A stretch of 63,770 nucleotides of DNA, filler included, from Neophaeotheca triangularis (taxonomy: Eukaryota), in NCBI GenBank assembly GCA_054600435.1. It is 4 parts of 4 records of this genome, joined end to end, with 100 filler letters (N's around TTAATTAATTAA, not from the genome) between each part and the next. Parts side by side here need not be neighbours in the genome. Positions count along the whole stretch, not along the records: positions 1 to 28,470 come from BAAIJX010000109.1; 3 more parts are not named here. One strand, written 5' to 3'. Both the position numbers and the translations under genes were made by a program. Below, piece by piece: positions 11,744-24,657 of this stretch. Below the pieces are notes generated by a model. It was not told where the DNA came from. It saw nothing but the letters and a program-made list of their open reading frames with translations, and did no database searches. Each line of letters opens with the position of its first letter. Within the stretch, counting starts at the first letter, position 1.

Positions 11744-12532
11744 ATGCACATCAAGGACCGCACCTTCATTGTCAGCGGCGGAGCTTCCGGGCTAGGCTTA
11801 GCGACGGTTCGAGACCTCCATGCCCACGGCGGCTACATCTCCATCATCGACCTGAACGCAGAGAATGGCAACGCGGCCGTCAAAGACCTCGGCGAACGAG
11901 TCAAGTTCTTCGAGACCGACGTAACCGACACGGCCTCTCTAGAGGCCGCCGTCTCGGGGACGGCCTCATGGATCCAGTCCACCTCCGCCCCCGCTGGCGG
12001 TGTCGTAGCAGCAGCAGGCGTCGGCAATCCCGCCAAACTCATCGACCGAAACAACAAGCCCGTCCCCATGGCACCTCTAGACTTCGTCATCGACATCAAC
12101 CTGCGCGCCGTGCTGAACCTCCTCCGCCTCTCCCTCCCCCTTCTGGCCGCCAACGAACCATCCAAATCCGAAAACGAGCGCGGCGTCCTCATCCTCGTCG
12201 CGAGTAGTGCCGCCTACGATGGCCAACCGGGTCAAGTCTCCTACGCGGCCTCGAAGGGCGCTATCAGAAGCTTGACGCTCCCTTTAGCGCGCGACTTGGC
12301 GCCGTTGGGCATTCGTGCTGTCACTATCGCGCCGAGTTATTTCGAGAGCAACATGACTGCGGCCATGAGTGATAAGGTCCGCAAGAGTTTGGAGCGGGTT
12401 CTGGAGTTCCCGAAACGGCCGGGCACGGGGCAAGATTTCGCGGGTATGGTTAGGCACTGTGTGGAGAATGTTATGTTGAATGGGGAGTGTATACGGCTTG
12501 ATGGGGCGACGAGGATGCCCAGTAAGATGTAG
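11744..12532 (+). CDS. Short-chain dehydrogenase, 3-hydroxyacyl-CoA dehydrogenase type-2 (HSD17B10-like)
   Basis: SGGASGLG, ERGVLILVASSAAYDGQPGQVSYAASKG, MLNGECIRLDGATRM. Confidence 0.92.
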   Translation: MHIKDRTFIVSGGASGLGLATVRDLHAHGGYISIIDLNAENGNAAVKDLGERVKFFETDVTDTASLEAAVSGTASWIQSTSAPAGGVVAAAGVGNPAKLIDRNNKPVPMAPLDFVIDINLRAVLNLLRLSLPLLAANEPSKSENERGVLILVASSAAYDGQPGQVSYAASKGAIRSLTLPLARDLAPLGIRAVTIAPSYFESNMTAAMSDKVRKSLERVLEFPKRPGTGQDFAGMVRHCVENVMLNGECIRLDGATRMPSKM

Positions 12533-13351
12533 TGAGGCTTGGGTCGAGGTATAACGGGGCTGGCAGATGTTAGAATTGAGCAGTCAGCCATGAGGATGTA
12601 AACCATGTGATGACATTGGGGAGTTTGTGATATTTGGACGCAAAGTTTCAGAACGTCCACAAGTTTGGATCGTACTCGATCAAACAGGTACCCTTAGTAT
12701 CGTTCAAATGCTGCTGACGTGCTGCTGAACGATAAATGTCGTGAACGCCGAACAGATTCATTTCGCTTGCAGTCGTCTAAATGGACAAAATCCCTTCGTT
12801 GAAGGGTCTGCTTATCCGCAAAAGTGCGTTTCTTCGTTAACCACATCTTATTAACGAGCGTCGCGGCATTCGCATCGGACACCTACCTAGGTACATACCT
12901 GGTAAGGTAAGGTATAGATACCTACATAGTCAATGATGCTGAAAGACGTCGCAATAAAGATGCCTGCTGCCTACTCTTCAGCCGCTAGTAGAGTTCCTCG
13001 CGATCTGATTGGACACGGCGGACGGCTTTTGGAAACACAAGCGATCCGGGACCCGTAAGGCGCTTTCTCGCCGTACTGAGGTAGTAAGTACCTAGGTAGT
13101 GTGCGAGTGATCCACTCCTCTCCCTGTATACGGTTGCCTCCCCCCGTTTGATCGATATTTCAAGGCTTCATGTCCAGAGAATAATGCCTCTTACAAGAAA
13201 CACCTTTGAGCCACCACTTCACATCACATCGGTTCAAGCCCCGGCGCCACCTTGACCATCAGGTACTTTCAGTCACTAACCGCGTCTCGACCACATCCAT
13301 CGACCGCCACCCTCGCTTTATTGCGTGTTATGCCACGCCCTCGCACATACA

Positions 13352-16300
13352 ATGTCTGAAGCTGCGAAAGAAGCAAATCTAGCCCAGCCACCTACGGCTA
13401 TCAACATGGCCAACACGGTCGAGCCCAAGGACTCCTCCCTTTCTGACGCCAAACCGCCCAAGGAGGAAGAAAATGAAGCAGAGGACAAGGAGAAATCGGG
13501 CAGTGCCAAAGATTACTTCGTACGTCAAAATCACCCTGGAATGTATTGAATTTGTTCTGACCTCTCGCAGCGCATCTTCACCTTCGCCGACCGTCTAGAC
13601 ACCCTCCTTTACGCCGTCGCCTTTACTTGCGCAATCGTTAGCGGCGCCAGTCTGCCTTTGATGACATTAGTTTTTGGCCAATCAACCTCGTCTTTTAGCA
13701 GCTATGCTGCTGGTACCACTGAAGCGCAGGAGTTTACGAGCCGTATTAACGAGCTTGTTCTGTACTTTGTGTATCTCTTCGTCGGCCGTTTCGTTCTGGG
13801 CTACGTCGGAACGCTCTGTGCTTGTGTAGCGGCCGCTAGAACGACTCGAGCGATTAGGAGGGCTTTTTTGAGCGCGACTCTGAGGCAGGAGGTCGGGTAT
13901 TTTGATCAGTCGGGCAATGGGTCTCCGGCGACGCAGGTTACGACCAGTGAGTCGTCTTCGAGCAAAACACTACCAGGTTTATCAGCTGATGACCATCTTC
14001 AGATGGCAACCGTATCAACCAAGGCATTGCTGAGAAAATTTACGTCTGCCTGCAGGGCGCTGGGCTTTTCTTCTCCGCCTATATCGTCGCGCTTGCCGTG
14101 CAGTGGAAGCTCGCTCTCATCACCATGTCTATAGTCCCGGCGATTTTCGTTGGCATAGGGAGCTGCATGAGCATTGCCATTCCCGTGCAGGATCGAGTAG
14201 TAAGACAGGCATAACTCTGTGATATCAAGGAACATTCTGCTGACTTTCATCACCCAGGGCAAGCAATACTCCCAAGCTGGAGTCCTCGCTCAAGATGCTA
14301 TTAGCTCCATCAAGACGATTCATGCCTTCGGAGCACAGTCTAAAATTATCGCCGGCTACGAGAAGTTCCTTCAAGCCGCCCATAAAGAAGGCAACAAGAA
14401 CTCCCCGGTTTTCGGCGTACTCTTTGGCTGCCAGACGTTCTTCGTATTTTGCGGAACGGCGCTCGCATTCTGGCAAGGTTATCGCATGTTCCAAAGCAAC
14501 GAAATCAACGACGTTGGGACCGTGTTCACTGTCGTGCTCAGCGTTACTTTGGGTGCGACGTCCATCAGCCTAATCTTGCCGGTCTTCGAGCCCATCGCTA
14601 ACGCTACTTCGGCCGCTTCCGAGCTCTTTACTACGATTGACAGGCAATCTCAGCTGGATCCGCTGTCACCCGAAGGTATCCAGCCGGACTCGTGTACGGG
14701 ACAGATTGAGGTGCGGGATCTGCGCTTTGCGTACCCTATGCGGCCGACTGCTCAAGTGCTTCACGGTTTGAGTGTGTCTCTTCCTGCTGGCAAAACAACA
14801 GCTCTTGTTGGTCCTTCCGGTAGTGGAAAGAGCACTCTCGTGGGTCTACTCGAGCGATGGTATCAACCGAGTTCCGGCCAGATCATGCTTGACGGCCAAG
14901 ACGTTGCCGATTACAATGTCAAATGGCTGAGGAGCCGAATTAGGCTAGTACAGCAAGAGCCGGTCCTGTTTTCCGGGACAGTGTTTGAGAATGTGGCGAG
15001 GGGTTTCGTTGACGAGCAGACCGCTCTTTCTGCTGCGGAACAGACGAAGCTGGTGGAAGAGGCTTGTATCGCCAGCAACGCTCACGACTTTATCGTGCAG
15101 TTGCCTGAGGGTTACAACACCCAGGTCGGCGAGCGAGCCAGCATGCTTAGCGGTGGCCAGCGGCAACGAATCTCGATTGCGAGAAGCATTATCTCCGATC
15201 CCAAAGTATTGCTGCTAGATGAAGCCACCAGTGCCCTTGACCCCCGGGCGGAGAGAGTCGTCCAGGATGCTCTGCAACGAGTATCAAAAGACAAGACGAC
15301 GCTTATCATTGCTCACAAGCTGGCTACAGTCAAGGCCGCTGACAATATTGCGGTCATGTCGAACGGTGCAGTCGTTGAGCAAGGAACGCACCACCAACTG
15401 ATCGAGGCCAACGGGCTGTACGCTGCCATGGTTCGCGCCCAGGATCTCGGAGAGGCTGCTGGGGAAAAAGAGAGGACTGCGGATTCGGAGGACGGCCACG
15501 ACGACAAAGAAGCCGCTGGACGACCTCTTGAGTTGCAACGCACGAAGTCCGAAGCAGCTACTAAAGCCTCAATAAGCGAGGTGGACCACCTCGCAAGAGG
15601 AACGGTCGGATATTCGCTGCTGAAATGTATCGTCGTCATGCTCCTCGAACATAAGGACCTCACCATCTGGTACATTTTCACCGCCATCGGTGCCATCATT
15701 GGAGGCGGCACCTACCCAGCCCAAGCCATCATCTTCTCCCGCCTCATTGGGGTATTCTCCCTCGAGGGGACCGACGGCCAGAACGAAGCGAACTTTTACG
15801 CCTTGATGTTCTTTGTGCTAGCACTGGCCAATCTCTTCGGCTTTTTCGCCGTCGGCTGGTCTTGCAACACCATTGCGCAAGTAACAACCCACCGATACCG
15901 CCGCGAGATGATCGAGCGCATGCTGTACTTTGACCAAGACTTCTTCGACCGCGCCGAGAACTCTTCTGGAGCTCTCACTTCCAAGCTCTCTTCTGTGCCG
16001 TCTTCACTGCAGGAGCTGCTGTCTGGCAATTTGGGCTTGCTTCTCAACGTCCTTGTCAATGTCTTCTCAAGCAGCATCGTCGGTATTGCGTTTGGCTGGA
16101 AGCTGGGTCTAACCATCGTCTTCGGTGGTCTGACACTGCTCATTGCTGCTGGGTACATCCGTATTCGACTCGACCAAAAGCTGGAAACTCAAACTGAGGA
16201 ATACTTTGCCAACAGCGCTGGACTGGCGACAGAAGCAGTTACCTCGATCAGGACCATCAGCCTTCTCACTTTAGAAGGTCCGATCTTGCAAGACTATCAG

Positions 16301-17374
16301 AATGCCATGGACGACATTGTCACAAGGGTCGTCCGCAGTTTGATCTTCACGCTAATACCCTATGCCCTTTCACAAAGCATTGACTTCTTGATCATGGCTC
16401 TCGGCTTTTGGTATGGAGCGCAACTGATTGCAGACGGCGAGTATACCGTCACCCAGTTCTTCATCATCTTCATCGCGATTATATTTGGAGGGCAGGGCAC
16501 GGCGCAGTTCTTCTCCTACACGACTTCAATCACCAAAGCCAAGATCGCCGCCAACTACATCCTCTGGTTACGCACGATCAAACCACACATCAGTGAGACT
16601 GAAGAAAACCGCGACAACGAGCCCTCGGGCGACGGTCCCATCGGCGTCGAGAACGTCGAGTTCCGCTACAAACAACGCGATGCAGCGCGAATCCTACGTG
16701 GCATCTCCGTCCGCATCGAGCCTGGGCAACACGTCGCCTTCGTCGGCCCCTCCGGCTGCGGCAAAAGCACCCTCCTCTCACTCCTCGAGCGCTTCTACGA
16801 CCCAACCTCCGGCCGCATAACCCTCGACGCCACCGACATCGCCTCCTTCAACCCCCACGCCTACCGCAGATACATGTCCCTCGTGCAGCAGGAACCGCCC
16901 CTCTACCTCGGCTCCGTCCGCGAAAACATCGCCATAGGCCTACAGCACGAACCCTCTGAAGAAGAAGTCCAGACCGCGTGCCGTCAAGCCAACGCCTGGG
17001 ACTTCGTCACTTCCCTCCCAGAAGGCCTCAACACGCCCTGCGGTAGTAAAGGCCTGCAGTTCTCCGGCGGCCAACGCCAGCGCATCGCCGTCGCGAGAGC
17101 ACTCATCCGGAACCCCCGGCTACTGCTCTTGGATGAAGCGACTTCAGCTCTCGATACGCAGAGCGAGCGTATCGTGCAGAAGGCTCTAGACGAGGCGGCC
17201 GCGAGCCGTACTACTGTGGCTGTCGCGCATCGCTTGAGCACCGTGAGGCACGCGGATTGCATTTTTGTCGTCGAGGATGGTAGGATTGTCGAGAGTGGGA
17301 GTCATGAGGAGTTGCAGCGGTTGAGGGGGAGGTATTTTGCTATGTGTTTGGCGCAGTCTTTGGATCAGGCTTAG
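13352..17374 (+). CDS. Full-size ABCB/MDR transporter (TMD-NBD)x2; introns near 13520-13570, ~13947-14002 and ~14200-14257
   Basis: Two Walker A motifs (GPSGSGKS, GPSGCGKS), signatures LSGGQRQR/FSGGQRQR, LLLDEATSALD twice; spliced N-terminus. The start may be 13352 or 13406. Confidence 0.95.
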
Positions 17375-17831
17375 ACTTTGGGTCCTGTTGAGTCTGCTAG
17401 AGGATCGGGGTGGTACAGTACCGGATCATCATGCTTTTACGATTGTACGATATAAGGGAGAGAGTTTAGTGTCAGAGTCGCCACTTCATGCTTTCCCGCT
17501 TGCGCTCGTCCGCGAGTCTATCGGAAATCTGACAAAATCAATCAATCACCCGATGGGAAGACAGCATCTTATTCTTGCAGATCGACAAAGACCCCATCGA
17601 TTTATCATTGCTCAATATCGTGCCCGTAGCGTCAACTTCATCCCGGTGAGTCTCGGCTTGACCTCGCAAAAGCAGCCAACCGTTAGCGGCGGTTGCCTCC
17701 GCGCGCTAGCAAGGCTTAATTCTTTCGGACTTCATCTTCACAACAATCTTTCGACGACGACATTGATCCGACAATTTCCTCTCACAAAAGCCAACCACGA
17801 CAGCACATTGACAAACCCAAGAATCGTCATC

Positions 17832-18650
17832 ATGTCCTCCATGCGCAACGCCGTCCAACGGCGCAACCACCGCGAGCGCGCCCAACCCGAAGAACGCAAG
17901 AAATGGGGCCTGCTGGAAAAACACAGCGACTACAGCGCCCGAGCGCGCGACCACAATACCAAGAAGCGCAAAATCCGAGCTCTCCAGGCCAAAGCCGCCG
18001 ATCGGAATGAAGATGAGTTTTACTTTGGAATGGTCAATTCCGAGACCAAGGGAGGCGTCAAGGTTGCCAAGAGGGGGGAGGAGAACAGTGGAGGTGGTGG
18101 CAAGGCGCTCGGCACCGAGGTTGTCAAGTTGATGAAGACGCAGGATGCTGGGTATTTGAGGACGGTTTTGCAGAAGACTAGGCGGGAGAGGGAGAGGGTT
18201 GGGAAGGAGGTTTTGGGGGCGGAGGTTGGGGTTGATGCGGAGCGGAGAGCGGGAGGGGAGGGGAAGGTACTTTTTGATGAGGATGGTGAGGCTGTGCCTA
18301 GACAGTTGCCTTCGCCGGTGGTGGAGGATGAGGACGAGGACGAGGTTGATTTGGAGACGCTTTTGCGCATGGATCAGGAGGAGTCTGCACGGAAGGACGG
18401 CATGGATGTGGAGTCGGAGAGTGAGGAGGAGCGGGATGCTGGGCTTTCGAAGGAGAAAAAGGCTGCTGCTAAGCGGAAACAACGGACGTTGCAGGTCAAA
18501 CGCAGATTACTGGAGGCCCTGCAGGACCGAGAGAGAGACCTGGAAACGGCTCTGAAGGGTGTCGAAGAGCAGCGGGCAAAGATGAACGGCACTGTCGGGG
18601 GTGTGAACAAGAGCGGTGTAAAGTTCAAGGCGAGGCAGCGAAAACGTTAA
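17832..18650 (+). CDS. UTP11: U3 snoRNA-associated protein Utp11
   Basis: MSSMRNAVQRRNHRERAQPEERKKWGLLEKHSDY, RNEDEFYFGM, KLMKTQDAGYLR, terminal RKR. Confidence 0.95.
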   Translation: MSSMRNAVQRRNHRERAQPEERKKWGLLEKHSDYSARARDHNTKKRKIRALQAKAADRNEDEFYFGMVNSETKGGVKVAKRGEENSGGGGKALGTEVVKLMKTQDAGYLRTVLQKTRRERERVGKEVLGAEVGVDAERRAGGEGKVLFDEDGEAVPRQLPSPVVEDEDEDEVDLETLLRMDQEESARKDGMDVESESEEERDAGLSKEKKAAAKRKQRTLQVKRRLLEALQDRERDLETALKGVEEQRAKMNGTVGGVNKSGVKFKARQRKR

Positions 18651-18962
18651 ATCAATGAACTTGATGCATGAGAATTCGTCGTGGCCTACTGCAACGCTGG
18701 TAGTGCTACTCGCCCATCCAGTCACTTCGGCGATCATTCTACTCTGCTTATATGGGTGAACCAAGAGACAGTGTCTGGACCAACGCACTGTTTCTAGAAG
18801 ACTCGAACCTTGGCCCCAAGCAGCGGAGCTAGACGGGAGCTGACGAAGAAAGCGTATATGCTACTCAAACTATATCCAATGCCGGACAAGTATTACAAAA
18901 GTCAGAGCAACGAAACGAAGAGATTCCTCCCAGCCGTCTTATGCTTCTGCCGGACTGAAGCA

Positions 18963-21175
18963 TTATGCACCTCCCACAGCTGAAACGTCATCTCCCATTT
19001 TGGCATCGCCGTCCGCGTCCTTCCTGAAAGGGCCCTCTGATTTACCGCCCTTTTTTTGACCAGCCCCGGGAGCGTCTTTGTAGACCAATCCCATCTGGAT
19101 GTCGTTCCGATATAGATCATCAACTCCCGTGGTATTACCCAACGGTAGATGGATCATCGGGAAATCCCGATCTTTCATATTCTTGGATGTGCGCAGCTTG
19201 TTCATGACGCCGTCCGATTTTATACGCGAGTCAATCTCCTTAAGCAATTCCTCCGGCGACCATCGTTTTCTGGCGTCGTATGCTAAGCATTTTCGCACCG
19301 TCTCCACGAGCTCATCAGAGTATTTGAAAGGGGCGATCTTGGAAATCTCCCACTTACGGCCCAAGTCAGATGGTAGATAGTCGTCGCCCTTGAAAAACAA
19401 GAGATCGTGACACTCCAGCTCCATCATGGCGACCGCGATTTTTCCAATACCCCAGACGTTGGTTTTCTCGCTGTCACGTCACTAATGTCAGTGTCTGTCC
19501 GATCATCATGCCGCAAGCTCGGGCGGGCCGTCCATGCTAACTCACCTCATCCTTTGGCCCTCCTTGCCCTCAGGTTGGTTCGATATCTGCTCGGGAGCCT
19601 TGAATAAATTCGTGCCGGCATCGCGGTATTTCCCAGGGTTTTTGGGGTCATTCGCGGTCGTGACCTTTGCTAACCCAAAGTCGGTCATCTAATGCCAAGG
19701 TCAGCGAGCAATTGGTACATGCTATCGAAAGCTCGATGATACCTTTGGCGTTGGCCAGCCAACCCACTTATCCTTCTGAGGCAGACCGAGGATGATGTTC
19801 ATCTTGCAAAGATTAGTCAACAGCTCAGTTACATCAGATGGCTGACTACGACATACCGGTTTCAGGTCCAAGTGCATTACCTCTAAGTCGTTTAGTTCGT
19901 CTGGTGACCCGCCGCTTTGGAGCAGAACGCAAGCTCTCGCAAGACTTTCGAGAACCCACCAGACGGCTGCCTCTGGCACATAGCCGTTGCCGTCCTCAAC
20001 CAACTTTTTATGTCTGAGATAAACTTGCGCCAAGTCCCCGAAGCCACAGTACTGTCGTAGGATAAATGTCAGCAATCTCCTTCACCCAAGCAGTCAAGCG
20101 GTTGCACCCAAGCTTACCTCCATGTAGATACGGAACGTCTTTTCAGCTTCGTTTACGCTGTAACCCCTAAACTTCACAACGCAGTCCCCATTAACGCCCT
20201 GAGACGCCGCTCTTGCCTCGGCAAGCTTCAGCGCCGCCGCCTCTACCGCCATCTCATCCCAGTCTTTGTCGATTGCAGAAACCGCCTTGTACCAAGTGCT
20301 GTCCTTGGTCCAGTACGAGTCTGTGCACGGCACTTCTTTGACCACGACATTGTCGCAAATGCGCTTATGCTCATCTAACCTCACCCAGGACACGCATGAC
20401 CCCATTGCACCGTCCCCCACGCCCTTTTGATAAGTTGTGTCCCATCCTGTCCCGACATTGGGCTGAGCATCCTTGAAGGTTGACTTTCTCGCATTCGGTT
20501 TCTTCACCCCCTTGATCTTCTTCTTCTTCTGATCCTCAGCCCGCTTCCTCGCAGCTTTCGCCTTTTGGCCCTCCCTCCCCACCTTGCCGATCTTGAACTT
20601 CCTAAGCATACCCGGCTTATCGACATCACTGATCATCTCCTTGAACTCCCCTGACTCTTCATCAAGCTCCTGGCCAATGTCCTCAAGATACTGGAGCAAA
20701 TGCCCGACGGATTCCCTCTTGCACTTCTCCAACAGAGTCTTCACCGGCATTTGTGCGTTCCGCAACGCCGTCGTCGCGTTTGCGAGACTCAGCAATTGCT
20801 TTTTCCCAGGCGTCTTGCCATTGTCAATCAGCTCGTTGTGCTTCTTCATCCCCTCGTCACGAGCTTTGATGCACTTGGCCCATTGCTCAAAAGCAATCTT
20901 GGCTTCTGCTGCGAGGGGCTGGGTGATGCCGGTCGAATTCCAGTCTAGCAAGATATTGTTTCGAACGACTGCAGTAACTGTATTAGTAAGATGCGACAAG
21001 AGTAGGCCTTTGCCAGTAATGGTCTTTGGCGGTTTCTCTTACAATCTTTGGCCTCCTTTCTGCCGTCTTCGATTTGCGCTGTGATCCACCTATCGCGGGC
21101 TCTGCAAAACTCTACGAAGCCTTGTAATGGGGGATTCGGGTTGCGGCCTGCCATTCCCGCTCCTCTGCCTGCCAT
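18963..21175 (-). CDS. Divergent Ser/Thr protein kinase (NEK-like) with a helical N-terminal extension; about six exons
   Basis: Introns 20978-21042, 20052-20117, 19803-19856 and two more near 19690-19742 and 19470-19544. Spliced motifs: VGDGAMG, VVK, MEYC, HLDLKPMN, DFG, GT..FKAPEQ, TNVWGIG, KCL..DARKR. Confidence 0.8.
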
Positions 21176-21574
21176 TGTCGTTCCCTGCTACTTGGTATTA
21201 TGCTGTGGAGATACTAGTGTCGAGCGTCCACTTGTGGTAACCGAGGGTTGAGGGTGGTAGTATTCGATAGCATGGCAAGCAGGACGTCGGTCGGGTTCTG
21301 CCTTTGTTGTTGAACAATGACCGACACCGGATCCGGTTGCAGGATTGTCATTCAGGGTTGCGGCTTTGTCCTGGCATCGTCCTAGGGAATACAACCGATG
21401 GTCAAAGAAGGAAGCCGATCTTGTGAGGCTACTTGTCCAAGGGACTCAGCAGAGCGAAAGTGTTGCTCTCTTGGAAGCAAAAGAAGACTCAAAAATGACA
21501 TGAGATTCCAATACTGGCACTGCGAAAAAGGCACCAACTTTCCACTGGCATCTTTGCGATTCCAAATCCGGCAC

Positions 21575-24500
21575 CTAGAGATCCTTATAGATGTCCGGTG
21601 CAATCCTCAGCTTTGTGTCGGGGTAAAGACCCCTTCTGTACCGCATCAACGTCCCATCTCCCCCATCCCCCTGGAACATCGTCCAGTTTCTAACCACATC
21701 ATCAAGCTCGGGTGGTGTAGGCCGCCCAGATGGCTCCATGCTGAGGCACATGTCAACAATTTCTCGCAGTGTTCCGCTGTAGGAATTGAAGTACTCTTCC
21801 CTCGCACGGTCGAGATCTTGGCCCCAAGTCGCGTCCGTGGGCTTCGCGTTGAGCGTCATCAAACATTCTGCTACTCGACCGACGGCCCATATATCGCTCT
21901 GGGGAGTGATGGTATCTGTTGGGTCTGCTCGAGGGCTCCTTTGCTCTGGAGCTCTGAATCCGCGTGTCCCGCAACCTTGCATTTTTCGTGGGTTGTCCTG
22001 ATCATTTAGCGTCGAGTTGATGGCCAGTCCAAAATCGCCGAGTTTGACTTGTGGGAGCCCAGGCCATGTGTCATCTTTTGCGTTGCTCTGAAGGAAAATG
22101 TTGGCTGGTTTGACATCTAAGTGGAGCCAAAATGCGTCCCATTCAGTGTAGGGCTCCCCGTCGTCGTAGGTCCAAGACTGGGGCCCAGCCCCGCGAGCCA
22201 TGATGCATACTGCTGTGGTCATCGATTCCAGGACATTCCAAACAAAGGCTTCCGGCACTTTACGGGCTTCGATGTCGAGGGGAATACCATCCTGGTCCGC
22301 TTTCCCCTTCAGCTTCCGGTAGAGATTGATAACGCCAGTGAGATCTCCTTGTACGCAGTGCTCGGTATAGATCCGGAGCATGCGTCTGTCAGGGTATACG
22401 CCGTAGCCGAACACTTTAACAATTTGGTCCAAGTCCGCACGTTCAGCGGCCTCTTCGATCTTCTTGTGAGCGTGGTATTCCATTGGCCTGTCTCCAACTT
22501 CGCCCACCCAGTTCGAGGGTCGTTCCCACTCTTTCTCATTTTGGTGTATGTCTTTCACTACGCAACGCTGCATGAAAAGGATCAGTAGGTACTCCGGGAA
22601 TGAGAGGGCAGAAATACTCACGTCCGCGATTCGCCCGTTTTGGTCAAGGGTAATCCACAAACCGGCGTTACCCATACCTCCTGATCCCAGACTACCCTCG
22701 AAGTACCAATTACGGTTATCACGTGCATTGGCTCCGCCAAATCCAAGTGCTTCAGCCATTTCTTGCACGCCCGGGCGGCGTGGGGAAACCGGTCCTGCTC
22801 CGGGCGGTACTGCAGCGGCGGGGACACCTTCGGGTTCAGGGGGAACAGCAGCCCCTGCCGCGGCCGATCGAGACTTGGGTGGTTCCAACGGCGTCAAGCC
22901 ATCGTCGAGTTTCTTCCTCTCTTTAGCTTTGAGAAATTTCGCAAACAATGGCCCATTGACGCCCTGATCTCCCGGCATGACTTCTTCCTTGTCGAGGATA
23001 TAGATATCCCAGGCCGGCTCGATGTTTTGCTCCCACGCCAAGGGGAGTACTTTGGCCTTCATTTCCTTCATGTCGTCCCCGACCGTTCTCCCATCCGGTG
23101 GTGGAAATGGCGGGGGCAGCAGATCTGGATTAGGCCTATCAATGAGCCCTTTTATCTTCTCATGCAAATCATACACAGCTACGAGGTCTTGGTCAGAAAG
23201 TACCTCGGCTTGCGAGTTGATCCAATCGAGATAAATATTCCAAGCGGCCAATATTGGGTCTGTAGGCTAGGTGTCAGTAAAACTGTTCCAACTCATGGCG
23301 ATGCTGTCTTCAAGATTAGACATTTTTCGAGTTGCTACTCACCATCATCGCCACCACCATCCTCAGGCCCGTCATCACCGCCGCCACCCCCCCGGGCGTC
23401 GTCGTCATCACCGCCGTCCTTCTTGCGGTCATCCTTTCCCTTATCTGGACGATCTTTATCGCCTTTGTCGTTGTCATTGTCATCATCGTCATCGTCATCG
23501 TCATCACCGTCACCTCCTCCAGGTGCAGCACCCACAGCAACCCTCGCAGCGGTCGCAGCGCCAGCAGCGCCAGCATCAGCAGCTCTTCCACCCTCAACTT
23601 GGTCAGCCGCTTCCTGAGGACCATCCTGAGCAGCCGGATCACGTGCCTCAGTCCTTGGAGCCTCGTCGAGTACTTTCTCAGCTGCCAGAACAAGCCCCTG
23701 AGCTTTATCGGCAGGGAGCTTCAACGTCCCTCCAAATCGTGGCATTCCAGCGATCGGACGACCTCCGGCTGCATCGTCTCCACGGTCTTCGGGACCTGCA
23801 GCCATCTCATCAGCTGATCGCTTACGAGCGGTCTTCTTTGCTTCCGCACTCTTTCGGACGAGCCAAGGCGACTGAGATACATTGTAGAGCCCATCCGCAG
23901 AAGGCTCTGCTGGGAGACCGCCAGCAGGTACTCCCCTGCGTATCAGAGCAGTATCGGCCTCCAATCTAGCAGCTTCCGCTCTTGAGACACTCTGCTGCAA
24001 AGCCGTGCCTAGCTTCTCCGCTTGGTCGCCTGCCGGCTTCACAATCTCTCCTTCTTCAAGTTCACCTTCCCGCGCTTCCAGGTCGACCCCCCGAGCAGCC
24101 CTATTGCCAAGGTCAACCGTCGACCCCTCCCCAAGAGCAGTCTGACACCTGACCAGCGCAATAAGAACCCCCGAAATCCCCTCATCAACCCTCTCCTCCA
24201 ACCGCCTCAACCAGGCCATCGCCATCTCGCTCCCAGCAAGCCCCTCCTCGGCACCAGGACCACCCAAACACCCGCACAACACCCCAACCTCCTTCTTCAG
24301 CCGCTCAAGCTTCACCTTCAAAGACACAAACCGCTCCCTGACACCACTGACACTCGCACGCATGAAAAGCTTGAGAACCTTGTCTAGAACGACGCCCGGA
24401 AGCGTGTCGCCGAGCACTCGGTCCAATTCGCGCTCGTACTTGTTTACAGTCTTCAACCACCGATCCCTGCGATTAGGTTCCGTCAGTTCGCGTAGTGCAG

Positions 24501-24657
24501 CCGCTAGTGCCGTTTTGTTCGGTCTCTGGCGCCATTCTGCTTGCAGCTCGGTCGGGAAGTTCGCGGGTAAGGGTCTGATTATGGGGATACCTGGGTTCGT
24601 TTCGCGGTAGACGGTTAGAGACCAGGTGAAGAAGGTCTCCCAGTCTGTGATGGCCAT
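21575..24657 (-). CDS. Divergent Ser/Thr protein kinase (NEK-like), about 980 aa, with a long unknown N-terminal region; introns 23260-23342 and 22568-22621
   Basis: A GTGAGT..CTGAC..CAG intron joins ORF 23335-24747 in frame to ORF 21575-23251. Motifs LGSGGMG, VVK, HLDVKPANIF, DFG, GTRGFRAPEQ, SDIWAVG. Confidence 0.82.

Noticed and set aside
17337..17831. N-terminal extension of the Utp11 ORF
   Set aside because: Conserved Utp11 starts at MSSMRNA (17832); the extension overlaps the ABC gene end and the promoter
18790..18842. tRNA-like B-box (GGTTCGAGTC on the minus strand)
   Set aside because: No cloverleaf or acceptor-stem pairing found
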